64,000 nt of DNA from Bacteroidota bacterium (GCA_029567325.1 JAKQLF010000055.1:1581-65580); one strand, 5' to 3'. Counted from the stretch's first letter, positions 19,694 to 30,112 are shown. Translations and numbers: made by a program. The notes: generated by a model from the sequence alone, not told the origin.

Positions 19694-19737
19694 AGACGAG
19701 AGCAGAAAGACGAGAGCAGAAAGACGAGAGACGAAAG
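19694..19737 (+). repeat. Purine-rich heptamer array (AGACGAG/AGCAGAA)
   Basis: AGACGAG AGCAGAA AGACGAG AGCAGAA AGACGAG AGACGAA. Confidence 0.9.
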
Positions 19738-19867
19738 TTCAATATGTGTCACTAACTTCAACTTTAAAATAATAATTGGCAATAAAAATGAATTAGAAAT
19801 GGCATTATTAGACTATTAAAGACCTAATTATTCTGTACTTATGGCTACAGGTACATGCCTTTTTTCC

Positions 19868-19902
19868 TTTTTCTCTGATCTTTTTTCTTTCGTCTTTTTT
19901 CT
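19868..19902 (-). repeat. Pyrimidine-rich heptamer array, degenerate inverse of 19694-19737
   Basis: TTTTTCT CTGATCT TTTTTCT TTCGTCT TTTTTCT. Confidence 0.65.
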
Positions 19903-19958
19903 TCCCTACTATTATTTGTAGGATTGTATATATTTACCCTATCTAACCAATACTTGTA

Positions 19959-22900
19959 ATGATGAAACAAATCCAGCTCATAGCCTTGGCCTTGTTATTT
20001 TTTGGCTGTGCTACCGGTCAATCCAAAATAACAGACAGCACAAAAACTCCAAAAGCTGTAGTACCCTCTGAATACATCAGTGGACTCAAATTCCGGGCAA
20101 TAGGCCCCGCAGTTACTTCGGGAAGAATAGCAGATTTCGCAGTGAATCCAAAAAATCACAGTGAATATTATATCGCTGTTGCATCAGGAGGTGTTTGGAA
20201 AACCGTCAATAAGGGAACCACATTTACACCCATTTTTGATGGACAAGGCAGCTATTCCATAGGCTGCGTTGCATTGGATCCCCAACAACCTAACACTGTA
20301 TGGGTAGGAACGGGTGAAAACAATAACCAAAGGTCTGTAGCTTATGGTGATGGGGTCTATAAAAGTGATGACGGAGGCAAGACTTGGCAAAATATGGGTT
20401 TGAAAACCTCTGAACATATTGCAAACATTGCCATTCATCCAAGTAATTCAAATATAGTTTATGTTGCAGCCTATGGCCCTGTTTGGAGTGAAGGAGGGGA
20501 AAGAGGTGTTTATAAAACCATTGACGGAGGTAAGACCTGGACACTTGTAAAATCTGTTAGCAAATATACCGGGTGTAATAATCTATTAATGGACCCGAGT
20601 AATCCAGATATACTTTATGCAGCTTTCCATCAAAGGATGAGAAAAGTATATACTTATATTGGGGGTGGTCCGGAAACAGGCGTTTATAAATCTACAGATG
20701 GAGGAAGCACATGGACAGCCTTGAAAAATGGTTTGCCTAGCGGAGATCTTGGTAGAATAGGTATAGCGGTTAGTTCAGTAGATCCAAATAAAGTATATGC
20801 CGTTGTTGAATCAGATGAAAATGGTGGTATTTATAGGTCTACCAACAAAGGTGCTTCCTGGTCAAAAATGAGCAGTGTCAATACTAGTGGCAATTATTAT
20901 CAAGAAATAGATTGCGACCCACACAATGCAGATAAAATCTACATTACGGATACTTACTATAAAGTCAGTTACGACGGTGGTAAAACGGTAAGTAATCTAG
21001 GAGAAATCAACAAACACATAGACAATCACGCCATCTGGGTGGATCCCAATGACCCACAACATTTAATGGTGGGATGTGACGGTGGCATCTATGAAACTTA
21101 TGATCATGCAGGTACATGGGACTTTAAAAGCAACTTGTCCGTCACCCAGTTCTATAAAGTATCTACGGACAATGAATATCCATTCTACAATGTTCATGGT
21201 GGTACACAAGACAACTTTTCTTTAGGAGGACCATCTAGAACCACTTCTATGAATGGTATAACCAATGCTGACTGGTATGTGACTTCTGCAGGTGATGGTT
21301 TTGAAACCCAAGTTGACCCTACTGACCCAAACATCATTTATGCACAAGCACAATATGGCGCGCTTTCAAGATTTGACCGTAGAAATGGCGAATATTTATT
21401 TATACAACCGATCGAAGGAAAGGGTGAGCCTGCCTTGAGGTGGAACTGGGATGCTCCGCTACAAATCAGTAGCCATGATCACAAAAGGCTTTATTTTGGT
21501 GCAAATAAAGTTTATCGGACAGATGATCAAGGCAATAATTGGAGAGCCATCAGTCCCGATTTATCTAGACAATTGGACAGAAACACTTTTGAAGTAATGG
21601 GTAAAGTTTGGTCTGTTGATGCTATTGCAAAAAATCAAAGTACCGATATTTTTGGGCAGACAACTACCCTTTCAGAATCTACTTTGGATGAAAATATCAT
21701 TTGGGCAGGCACAGATGATGGTTTGATCCACCTGACTCAGGATGGAGGTAAAACCTGGACCAAATTTGATAATATCATGGGAGTGCCAGCAATGACTTAT
21801 GTTCATCAAATCATTGCTTCAGTCCACAATAAGTCTACTGCATATGTCTGTTTCAACCATCATAGATATGGAGATTTCAGCCCTTATGTTTTTAAGACCA
21901 TAGATAGTGGAAAAACATGGCAAAACATCACCGCAGATTTACCCAAAAGAGGCAGTGTTTACTCCATTGCTGAAGATCATCTAGATCCCAGCTTATTATT
22001 TGTAGGAACGGAATTTGGTGTTTTTTTCTCTCACAATGCTGGGGTGAACTGGACGCAACTCAAAGCTGGATTGCCTACTATTGCTGTCAGAGATTTAGAA
22101 ATTCAAAGAAGGGAAAACGACTTGATTTTAGCCACTTTTGGCCGAGGTTTTTATATTTTGGACGACTATTCTCCACTGAGACACATCAACAAAATTTCTA
22201 CTGCTGAGAATGGGCTCATTCTGCCTATCAAAGAGGCGTTGTTGTACATCGAGAGAAAACCATTGGGCTTGCGCGATAAAGGACATTTGGGAAGTAGTTA
22301 TTTTAGCACACCCAACCCACAAGTAGGTAGCGTGATTACTTATTATCTCAAAAATGAACTCAAAAATCGAGCTGATAAAAGGAAAGAAGTCGAGAAAATG
22401 AAGCTTGAAAAAGGTGAAAAAATTAGTTATCCAAGTCCTGATAGTATGCGTGCGGAAGACAATGACATAGATCCTTATTTGTTATTTACCATCACAGACG
22501 CCAATGGGAAGGTGATGAGACAAATCAAACAAAGCCCCAAAAAAGGGCTCAATCGCATGGTTTGGGATTTTAGAATGTCAGATTACAGTCCTGTTGAAGG
22601 CCGTTACACACCTAGACCAGATCAGCTTTTTGGTTCGGGCACCTTGGGTGCTATGGTAACACCTGGTAAATACGGAGTGGTCATGCAACAATACGTTGAT
22701 GGTGAATTAACCACTTTAACGCCTGTAGTAAATTTTGAGTGCAAGGCTCTAAACGTCGCCAGCATTCCTAATCCCAGTCCTCAAGACAACTTACAATTTA
22801 CTGAGCAAGTCATAACACTTTCCAGAAAACTTGATCATAGTGGAACCAAGCTCAGTAAAATTCAAAGCATGTTGAAGTCTATTGACAAGGCCGTTCTAGA

Positions 22901-23225
22901 CATGCCAGCTTTAGGAAATGATATTTTGAAGACGTCATATACACTCGGTAAAGAATTGAATGAACTAAAATTAAAAATGAATGGTGACGCTTCAATGGCA
23001 AGAAGACAATTTGAAACGGCACCAAGTATCAATGGGCGAGTAGGAACAATTTTGGGCGTCGTGGTTACTTCAACTGCCCCAGTTCCAGGAATTTACAAAG
23101 AATCTTACAATACAGCTTTGTCAGAATTTGAAATGGTTGCTCCGAAAGTGGATGCCTTGTATGAAAAAGTAATTGACTTAGTCAAAAAGGTTGATGCTGC
23201 TGGCGGGCCATACATCGATAGATAA
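19959..23225 (+). CDS. VPS10/sortilin-like BNR-repeat beta-propeller protein (glycosyl hydrolase-like)
   Basis: Many SxDGGxTW Asp-boxes; GPAVTSGRI, GGTQDN, ATFGRGF; possible lipobox FGC. Confidence 0.88.
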   Translation: MMKQIQLIALALLFFGCATGQSKITDSTKTPKAVVPSEYISGLKFRAIGPAVTSGRIADFAVNPKNHSEYYIAVASGGVWKTVNKGTTFTPIFDGQGSYSIGCVALDPQQPNTVWVGTGENNNQRSVAYGDGVYKSDDGGKTWQNMGLKTSEHIANIAIHPSNSNIVYVAAYGPVWSEGGERGVYKTIDGGKTWTLVKSVSKYTGCNNLLMDPSNPDILYAAFHQRMRKVYTYIGGGPETGVYKSTDGGSTWTALKNGLPSGDLGRIGIAVSSVDPNKVYAVVESDENGGIYRSTNKGASWSKMSSVNTSGNYYQEIDCDPHNADKIYITDTYYKVSYDGGKTVSNLGEINKHIDNHAIWVDPNDPQHLMVGCDGGIYETYDHAGTWDFKSNLSVTQFYKVSTDNEYPFYNVHGGTQDNFSLGGPSRTTSMNGITNADWYVTSAGDGFETQVDPTDPNIIYAQAQYGALSRFDRRNGEYLFIQPIEGKGEPALRWNWDAPLQISSHDHKRLYFGANKVYRTDDQGNNWRAISPDLSRQLDRNTFEVMGKVWSVDAIAKNQSTDIFGQTTTLSESTLDENIIWAGTDDGLIHLTQDGGKTWTKFDNIMGVPAMTYVHQIIASVHNKSTAYVCFNHHRYGDFSPYVFKTIDSGKTWQNITADLPKRGSVYSIAEDHLDPSLLFVGTEFGVFFSHNAGVNWTQLKAGLPTIAVRDLEIQRRENDLILATFGRGFYILDDYSPLRHINKISTAENGLILPIKEALLYIERKPLGLRDKGHLGSSYFSTPNPQVGSVITYYLKNELKNRADKRKEVEKMKLEKGEKISYPSPDSMRAEDNDIDPYLLFTITDANGKVMRQIKQSPKKGLNRMVWDFRMSDYSPVEGRYTPRPDQLFGSGTLGAMVTPGKYGVVMQQYVDGELTTLTPVVNFECKALNVASIPNPSPQDNLQFTEQVITLSRKLDHSGTKLSKIQSMLKSIDKAVLDMPALGNDILKTSYTLGKELNELKLKMNGDASMARRQFETAPSINGRVGTILGVVVTSTAPVPGIYKESYNTALSEFEMVAPKVDALYEKVIDLVKKVDAAGGPYIDR

Positions 23226-23264
23226 TATTGGTTTACATTTTGGATAAAAACTAAAAAATAAGGA

Positions 23265-23786
23265 ATGGCCTCGATCATTGGACATGCAGCGGTTGCTTAT
23301 GCCTTATCAAAGGCCCTTCCTCATTCAGATAAAAAGAATGCAATTGTAACAGTAGGAGTTTTGGCTTCCATGTTACCTGATTTGGACGTTTTGAGTTTCA
23401 AATTTGGAATAGCCTATGAGTCTCCTTTAGGCCACAGAGGATTTACCCATTCTTTGTTATTTGCCATTTTGCTCGGTTTAATTTTGATGTCTGTTTTTAA
23501 AAAATATGGAAAGCAATGGCTACTCTTTCTTTATTTTTTCCTTTGCACGATGTCTCATGGAATCCTAGATGCATGCACAACAGGAGGCAGAGGAGTCGGA
23601 TTCCTTATTCCCTTCAAAAATGAGCGCTATTTCTTTCCTTGGCAAGTAATCAAAGTTTCTCCTTTGGGTGTAGAAAAATTTTTCTCTAGATGGGGTTTGG
23701 AAGTCTTGCTCAGCGAATTGATTTGGATCGGTTTGCCTTGTTTGTTATTTGTTCTAATGATAAGAATACTAACCACTATTAAATGA
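23265..23786 (+). CDS. YdjM-like membrane metal-dependent hydrolase
   Basis: GH, LPDLD, HRGFTHS, SHGILD motifs. Confidence 0.9.
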   Translation: MASIIGHAAVAYALSKALPHSDKKNAIVTVGVLASMLPDLDVLSFKFGIAYESPLGHRGFTHSLLFAILLGLILMSVFKKYGKQWLLFLYFFLCTMSHGILDACTTGGRGVGFLIPFKNERYFFPWQVIKVSPLGVEKFFSRWGLEVLLSELIWIGLPCLLFVLMIRILTTIK

Positions 23787-23874
23787 TTAATCGAATTGGG
23801 GCCTGAGATAACCCTCTGCCAATCAAGGTAAAACAAATAGCCGCAAAGCCTTTTATTACTTTATTCCTCAAATT

Positions 23875-23977
23875 CTCGAAACTCGAAAAAAGCTCGCATC
23901 TCTTGGCTCGGAGCTCGTTGCAAAAAAACTGACCGCTGAAAACTGAAAACTGAAAGCTGATCGCCGAAAACTGACAA
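23875..23977 (+). repeat. Two adjacent heptamer arrays (CTCGnnn x6, CTGAnnn x7, each with one degenerate unit)
   Basis: CTCGAAA CTCGAAA..CTCGCAT CTCTTGG CTCGGAG CTCGTTG; CTGACCG CTGAAAA CTGAAAA CTGAAAG CTGATCG CCGAAAA CTGACAA. Confidence 0.85.
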
Positions 23978-24104
23978 CTCCTCCTTACATATAGCTATTA
24001 TCTTAATATATCCTTCTTAATGCCTTAACATACTGATACACATAGCGTAACATTACCACCTTATCATTGCCAAATAATTTATTGATATTAATTTTTATTT
24101 TAAT

Positions 24105-24965
24105 ATGAGGGATTTGGAAGTAGTGATAATGAGTGATTTACATTTGGGTTCTTATGGTTGTCAGCCCATTCCTATTGCCAATTATCTCAACAGCATAAAC
24201 CCTAAAATGCTCATACTCAATGGAGATATTGTAGATATCTGGCGATTTAGAAAAAATTATTTCCCTGAGACGCATATAGAAATCATCAACATCATTCTCA
24301 AAAAAATAAAAAACGGAACTACTGTCTACTACCTTACTGGCAACCATGATGAAGCTTTACGGAAATTCAGCGATTTCAATTTGGAAAACTTTCATTTGGT
24401 TGATAAATTAAAAATTAAAATCAATGACGAAACCTATTGGATTTTTCATGGCGATGTATTTGATTCATTCAACAAAGGATGGACCAAACTCATTGCAAAA
24501 ACAGGAAGTATAGGCTACGATATGCTCATTTTGCTCAACCGGATTATCAACACCATGTTGGTCAAAATGGGAAAAAGTAGGCGATCTTTTTCAAAAAAAA
24601 TAAAAAATAGTGTCAAATCAGCCATTAAGTGGATCACTGATTTTGAACTTACTGCAGCCGAATTGGCCATTGAAAATGAATTTGACTATGTAATCTGTGG
24701 TCACATCCACGCACCTTGCATAAAAAAAATAGAAAATGAAATCGGGTCTACCATTTATATGAATGCTGGTGATTGGGTAGAAAACCTAACTGCACTAGAG
24801 TATCAACAAAATTCCTGGAAAATATATCGGTATTTGGAGCATCAATCTGAGTTTGAAATTTCTGAAATTCAACCAGAGTTAACACCAAAAGCAGTCAAAA
24901 TATCATTCAAAAAAGACATTGCCAGCTTGGCTGCTCAGCTCAATCTATACACCAAATTTTTCTAA
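24105..24965 (+). CDS. LpxH/PlcP-like metallophosphoesterase
   Basis: SDLHLG, NGDIVD, GNHD, HGD, GHIH motifs. Confidence 0.88.
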   Translation: MRDLEVVIMSDLHLGSYGCQPIPIANYLNSINPKMLILNGDIVDIWRFRKNYFPETHIEIINIILKKIKNGTTVYYLTGNHDEALRKFSDFNLENFHLVDKLKIKINDETYWIFHGDVFDSFNKGWTKLIAKTGSIGYDMLILLNRIINTMLVKMGKSRRSFSKKIKNSVKSAIKWITDFELTAAELAIENEFDYVICGHIHAPCIKKIENEIGSTIYMNAGDWVENLTALEYQQNSWKIYRYLEHQSEFEISEIQPELTPKAVKISFKKDIASLAAQLNLYTKFF

Positions 24966-24975
24966 AAAGACTATT

Positions 24976-25965
24976 ATGAAAATATTGTACGCGATCCAAG
25001 CTACCGGAAATGGTCACATCAGCAGGGCTCAATATGTCATACCACATTTGGAAAAATATGGCCATGTTGACACCTTGGTCAGTGGAAGTAATGCAACGTT
25101 ACAGCCAAATTTCGCAGTCACCTATAAAAGCTGTGGGATGAGTCTATTTTATAAAAAATGTGGCTCCATTGATAAAACTGCATTGTTCTACAAAAACAAT
25201 TATGCAAAGGCTATCAAAGACGCCATTGACCTACCTGTCAAAAATTACGACCTCATCATCAATGATTTTGATTTTGTAACCGCACTCGCTTGTAAGATTA
25301 GAGGTAAAAGATCCGTGCAATTTGGACATCAAGCAAGCTTCATGAGTGATCACGCACCCAGACCAGCACAAAAAAGCATAGCCGGTGAATTTGTTCTTGC
25401 CAATTATGCTAGAGCTACTCAATATGTGGGACTTCATTTCCAAAAATACGATGACTTCATTTTTCCAGCGGTGATCAAACCTGAAATAATCAATGCCACA
25501 CCCAAAGATCATGGTCACATTACGATCTATTTACCTTCCTACGATGACGATTGTTTTAAATCAGAAATCAAAAAGTTGAAACATTTGAGATTTGAATGGT
25601 TTGACAAAGGAGTTTCTAGACCAAAGGTGGAGGGAAACATTACTTTTTTTCCAATCAGTAATGAATTATTTACCAAAAGTATGATCAATTGCCACGGCAT
25701 CATCACTGGAGGTGGTTTTGAGACACCTGCAGAAGCACTCTATATGAAAAAGCGGATTTTGGCAGTTCCAATAAACGGTCAATATGAGCAACAATGCAAT
25801 GCTGCAGCTTTGGAGAAAATGGGTGTACCAACTATTCTAAACATCGACAATAAAACAATCGGCAAACAAATCAACCAATGGTTGGACATGGCTTGGAATA
25901 TTCCAACCATTGAAAGCAATAAATTGGAAGATACCATTGACTACATTGTAAATGCTCAAATATAA
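24976..25965 (+). CDS. GT-B glycosyltransferase (MJ1255/VC2487-like)
   Basis: MKILYAIQATGNGHISRA, GGGFETPAEA, QYEQQCNA motifs. Confidence 0.85.
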   Translation: MKILYAIQATGNGHISRAQYVIPHLEKYGHVDTLVSGSNATLQPNFAVTYKSCGMSLFYKKCGSIDKTALFYKNNYAKAIKDAIDLPVKNYDLIINDFDFVTALACKIRGKRSVQFGHQASFMSDHAPRPAQKSIAGEFVLANYARATQYVGLHFQKYDDFIFPAVIKPEIINATPKDHGHITIYLPSYDDDCFKSEIKKLKHLRFEWFDKGVSRPKVEGNITFFPISNELFTKSMINCHGIITGGGFETPAEALYMKKRILAVPINGQYEQQCNAAALEKMGVPTILNIDNKTIGKQINQWLDMAWNIPTIESNKLEDTIDYIVNAQI

Positions 25966-25983
25966 ATAGCATCCAAAACGTGA

Positions 25984-26607
25984 TTATCTGTCAAAAAAAG
26001 AAAGATGATTTTTTAGGTAACCAACCATGATTTTGAGCCCCATACTATAGTTTTTTGAATTATTGATGATGACATCCACCTCGTCCTTGTGGGGATAAAT
26101 GTATTTTTCATAAGCCGGCAAAACGTGATTTTGGTATCGGTAAAGCACATCTTCCAGTGGATAATTTCTTTCGATTCTATCTCTATGAATACGCCTTATA
26201 ATTTTGTCACTCATTTTTGCATTGATCAATAATTTCAAATCCAATTGGTCAAATATTTCCTTCATATGGAAAACAAAAAGTCCTTCAATGACCACAATCG
26301 GTGCTGGTGGAAAAACAAGCATTCTTGGATCTTTTTCACTGTTATTAAAAGTGTACTCCTGTCTTTTTACTTCTACTCCTGCCTTGATCAACTTGATGTC
26401 TCTTTCAAATTCATCTAAATGAAATGCATCTGGAACATCAAAATTGGTAATCCCATTGTCATCAGTTGCTATTTCACGTCTGTTTCTATAATAATCGTCT
26501 TGGGAAATGACGCAAATCTGATCCTTATCAAATTGCGCACAAAGTTCATTGATGAATGAAGTTTTACCAGATCCACTTCCTCCTGAGATACCTATCAATA
26601 ATGACAT
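25984..26607 (-). CDS. udk: Uridine kinase
   Basis: GGSGSGKT P-loop, SQDDYY, NFD, RRIHRD. Confidence 0.85.
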   Translation of the reverse strand: MSLLIGISGGSGSGKTSFINELCAQFDKDQICVISQDDYYRNRREIATDDNGITNFDVPDAFHLDEFERDIKLIKAGVEVKRQEYTFNNSEKDPRMLVFPPAPIVVIEGLFVFHMKEIFDQLDLKLLINAKMSDKIIRRIHRDRIERNYPLEDVLYRYQNHVLPAYEKYIYPHKDEVDVIINNSKNYSMGLKIMVGYLKNHLSFFDR

Positions 26608-26693
26608 AGTAATGTGTGTTTTATAATGAAGTTACAAAAATTAGAATTATTTCAATATTTTACGGCCTAAATGCAATCATTTCAAAAACTATT

Positions 26694-27998
26694 ATGGAGA
26701 TCATTACAAGTGTTGGTAGAGGAATTTTAGGCCTGTTTGTGTTACTTGGAGCGTGTTACCTGTTGAGTACCAATAGAAAAGCTATATCGTGGAAGCTGGT
26801 AATTATGGGGACTGCCTTGCAATTTATCCTGGCTTTATTGATCTTAAAGATACCTTTTGTTTCAACCATGTTTGACTGGCTTGCTAGTATGTTTGAGAAA
26901 ACGTTACGCTTTGCCCAAACAGGAGCAGAATTTTTATTCTCGGGATTGGTTTCAGACACCAGTACTTTTGGTTACATCTTTGCCTTTCAAGTATTACCAA
27001 CCATAGTTTTTTTCTCTGCTTTATCTTCCATGTTATATTATTTTGGCATACTGCAGAAAATAGTATACGGTATGGCGTGGATAATGGCCAAAACTATGGG
27101 CTTATCTGGGCCAGAAAGTTTGGCCGCTGCTGCTAATATTTTTATTGGTCAAACCGAAGCTCCTTTAGTTGTCAAACCTTATCTAGCAGGGATGACCAGA
27201 TCGGAAATCATGTGTTTGATGTGTGGAGGAATGGCTACAATTGCTGGTGGTGTATTTGCTGCCTATATAGGATTCCTGGGCGGTGAAGATCCAGTAATGC
27301 GGCTCTATTTTGCAAAACACTTATTGACTGCTTCCATTATTTCAGCACCTGCGGCTATCGTGGCGGCTAAAATGTTGGTACCTGAGGAGATAGATAAAAC
27401 GATTGACCAGCAAATGAAAATGGAAAAAACAGATGCCACCAATGTTTTAGACGCAATAGCTACTGGTACAACAGATGGTTTAAAATTGGCAGTCAATGTG
27501 GGTGTCATGCTTTTGGTATTTACAGCTTTGGTTGCATTGGCAAATCAAATGCTCATGAAATTTGTGGGAAGTTGGACAGGGCTCAATGAATATGTAGTTT
27601 CCTCTACGGGGGGACGGTTTGCAGGTTTTGATTTTACCTATGTCCTCGGCATGTTGTTTTCACCCATTGCATGGATCTTAGGCACACCTGCTGCAGATGT
27701 TTTGACGGTAGGTCAGCTACTAGGCCAAAAAACGGTGCTAAACGAATTCATAGCGTATAAAGAACTCAATGATATTCGTACAGCAAATATACCGATTGAT
27801 CCAAAGTCAGTGCTGATCGCCACATATGCCTTGTGCGGATTTTCAAATTTTGCATCTATCGGCATACAAATTGGTGGTATAAGTGCCATTGCTCCCGGCC
27901 AACGAAAAAACCTTACGGAGCTGGGAATCAAAGCATTGATTGGTGGCACTATTGCGTGTTTCCTTACTGCGGTTATTGCAGGAATGTTATTTGGTTAG
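26694..27998 (+). CDS. NupC/CNT family Na+/nucleoside symporter
   Basis: FAFQVLPTIVFFS, NIFIGQTEAPL, NEFIAY, LCGFSNFASIGI; start at ATG 26694. Confidence 0.95.
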   Translation: MEIITSVGRGILGLFVLLGACYLLSTNRKAISWKLVIMGTALQFILALLILKIPFVSTMFDWLASMFEKTLRFAQTGAEFLFSGLVSDTSTFGYIFAFQVLPTIVFFSALSSMLYYFGILQKIVYGMAWIMAKTMGLSGPESLAAAANIFIGQTEAPLVVKPYLAGMTRSEIMCLMCGGMATIAGGVFAAYIGFLGGEDPVMRLYFAKHLLTASIISAPAAIVAAKMLVPEEIDKTIDQQMKMEKTDATNVLDAIATGTTDGLKLAVNVGVMLLVFTALVALANQMLMKFVGSWTGLNEYVVSSTGGRFAGFDFTYVLGMLFSPIAWILGTPAADVLTVGQLLGQKTVLNEFIAYKELNDIRTANIPIDPKSVLIATYALCGFSNFASIGIQIGGISAIAPGQRKNLTELGIKALIGGTIACFLTAVIAGMLFG

Positions 27999-28084
27999 AT
28001 CTTATTTTAAAAAATAAAGGATAAACGCTAAGCTCAAGGTTATTCGTTCCAACAAATAGAACTAAAATCTTTTGCAAAAAATAG

Positions 28085-28114
28085 TTGCGAAACACATTAA
28101 AACTTTTAGATTTG
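28085..28114 (+). promoter_or_regulatory. Bacteroidota sigma70-type promoter for the SAM riboswitch-metX transcript
   Basis: TTG-N19-TAGATTTG. Confidence 0.6.
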
Positions 28115-28166
28115 TGCCTTCGAAAAAGAGATTCCGACTTCTATAGCTGAAGTATTATTTGTGATC

Positions 28167-28263
28167 TTTTATAACGATGAGGTGAGAGAACAGGCTCAAT
28201 GACCCTCAGGCAACCTACGATGAGCAAGGTGCCAAATCCTGCCCGATATTGGGAAATATAAAC
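28167..28263 (+). ncRNA. SAM-I riboswitch
   Basis: TTATAACGATGAGGTGAGAGAACAGGCTCAATGACCCTCAGGCAACC...GGTGCCAAATCCTGC...AAATATAAA; upstream of metX. Confidence 0.88.
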
Positions 28264-28377
28264 TGACAATTGAATGAAAAAAACTGGTATTGCCTTCAAC
28301 TATTTTTCCACTGATGTAACATTCGTCATCAAACACTACAGTTCTCTATTTTCCAATTTTTCAAGTGTTTTGTACTA

Positions 28378-29394
28378 ATGGCTGAGCTCAATTATTTAAA
28401 ATTGGACCAAGCGCTTGTGTTGGAATCCGGTCGTGAATTGTCTAATGTAGTCATTGCCTACCATACTTTTGGTAAACTCAACGAAAATAAGTCCAACGTC
28501 ATCTGGATCATCCACGCTTTGACCGCCAATGCCAATCCACTCGAGTGGTGGCCAGGTTTAGTGGGTGAAGGGAGCGTTATTGACCCAGCAGAATATTTTA
28601 TAGTTTGCGCTAATGTGTTAGGTTCTCATTATGGTAGTACTTGTGCACTACATGAAAACCCCCGAACTGGAAAACCGTACTATCACGATTTTCCAATGTT
28701 GACAATCAGAGATTTGATAAAGCCTTATGAGACACTTGCGGACCATTTAGGTTTAGAAAAAATCAAGTTACTCATTGGTGCTTCACTAGGCGGACAACAA
28801 GCAATGGAATGGGCCATTAAAAATCCATTGAAGTTTGAAAAACTAGCTTTGCTTGCAACCAATGCAAACCACTCTCCTTGGGGCATAGCTTTCAACGAAA
28901 GTCAAAGAATGGCCATTGAAGCAGATCAAAGTTGGTACAAAAATTACCCAGATGCTGGAATCGAGGGCCTCAAAGCTGCACGCTCGATTGCATTATTATC
29001 CTACAGAACAATTGACGGATACAACATTACCCAAAAAGAAGAAACACCAAAAGTAGAAAGCTTTAAAGCCAGTAGTTACCAGCGATATCAAGGTCAAAAA
29101 TTAGCGGATAGATTCAATGCCTTTTCCTATCATTTATTTACTAAATGTATGGACAGCCACGATGTCGGAAGAGGACGCACATCCAGAGAAGAAGCATTGT
29201 CTCGTATAAAAGCCAAAACCACCATTATTGGAATTGAATCAGATATTTTATTTCCAGTTTCAGAACAAGCTTATTTACATGAATGCATCAAAGACAGCAA
29301 GTTCTATAAGATTTCCTCAAAATTTGGTCACGATGGTTTTTTAGTAGAGAAAGAACAAGTTGGAAATATCATCAGAGAGACACTCGATAATTGA
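28378..29394 (+). CDS. metX: Homoserine O-acyltransferase
   Basis: HALTAN, GASLGG, RFNA, GHDGFL motifs; SAM riboswitch upstream. Confidence 0.93.
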   Translation: MAELNYLKLDQALVLESGRELSNVVIAYHTFGKLNENKSNVIWIIHALTANANPLEWWPGLVGEGSVIDPAEYFIVCANVLGSHYGSTCALHENPRTGKPYYHDFPMLTIRDLIKPYETLADHLGLEKIKLLIGASLGGQQAMEWAIKNPLKFEKLALLATNANHSPWGIAFNESQRMAIEADQSWYKNYPDAGIEGLKAARSIALLSYRTIDGYNITQKEETPKVESFKASSYQRYQGQKLADRFNAFSYHLFTKCMDSHDVGRGRTSREEALSRIKAKTTIIGIESDILFPVSEQAYLHECIKDSKFYKISSKFGHDGFLVEKEQVGNIIRETLDN

Positions 29395-29596
29395 GTTTGA
29401 TTTAGTAAATCAGGCAAACAAGTGAGCAACTTCAATGCATTCCAGCAAAAAATGACTCCTATATTTAACAAAAAGTATAAAAACCCTACTTTTTCACCCA
29501 AATAGCTGTTAATACGTTGTTAACCACTTTACAGATATTTGGATATAACGATTTTTCATATATTTTTGTACTAAATTTAAAAAAAGAAGAACAGAT

Positions 29597-30112
29597 ATGA
29601 AACAAATGTTATTGATCTTGGCTATTGCATTCACAATAGTTTCTTGCAAAAACGAAAAAACTGTTGATACAGCTGAAGCAACAACTGCAGAAGCATCAAC
29701 AGAAACTACTCCAGTAGAAATGCCAACTGAGGCAACACCAGGTGAAGCTGCCCCTGCAGTTCCAACAGGTCCAACTACTAAAATTGCTTTCTCTGAGACT
29801 GATTTTGATTTCGGTACAGTAAAAGATGGTGAAAAAGTTACGCACAACTTTAAATTTACAAATAACGGAACTGAGCCGTTGATCATCAGCAATGCTCAAG
29901 GTAGCTGTGGTTGTACAGTTCCTGAGTGGCCAAAAGAAGCTATTGCTCCTGGAAAATCTGGTGAAATCAAAGTTGTATTTGATTCAGGTGGAAAAGGAAG
30001 TCCAGAAGGATCTCCACAAGCAAAAAGAGTTACTATTACAGCAAACACTGATCCTGTAGAAACTTACCTTAACATCAAAGGTATCGTTACTAAGCCAGCT
30101 GATGGCAAATAA
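29597..30112 (+). CDS. DUF1573 lipoprotein
   Basis: Lipobox VSC; FDFG...FTNNG...SCGCTVPEW. Confidence 0.9.
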   Translation: MKQMLLILAIAFTIVSCKNEKTVDTAEATTAEASTETTPVEMPTEATPGEAAPAVPTGPTTKIAFSETDFDFGTVKDGEKVTHNFKFTNNGTEPLIISNAQGSCGCTVPEWPKEAIAPGKSGEIKVVFDSGGKGSPEGSPQAKRVTITANTDPVETYLNIKGIVTKPADGK

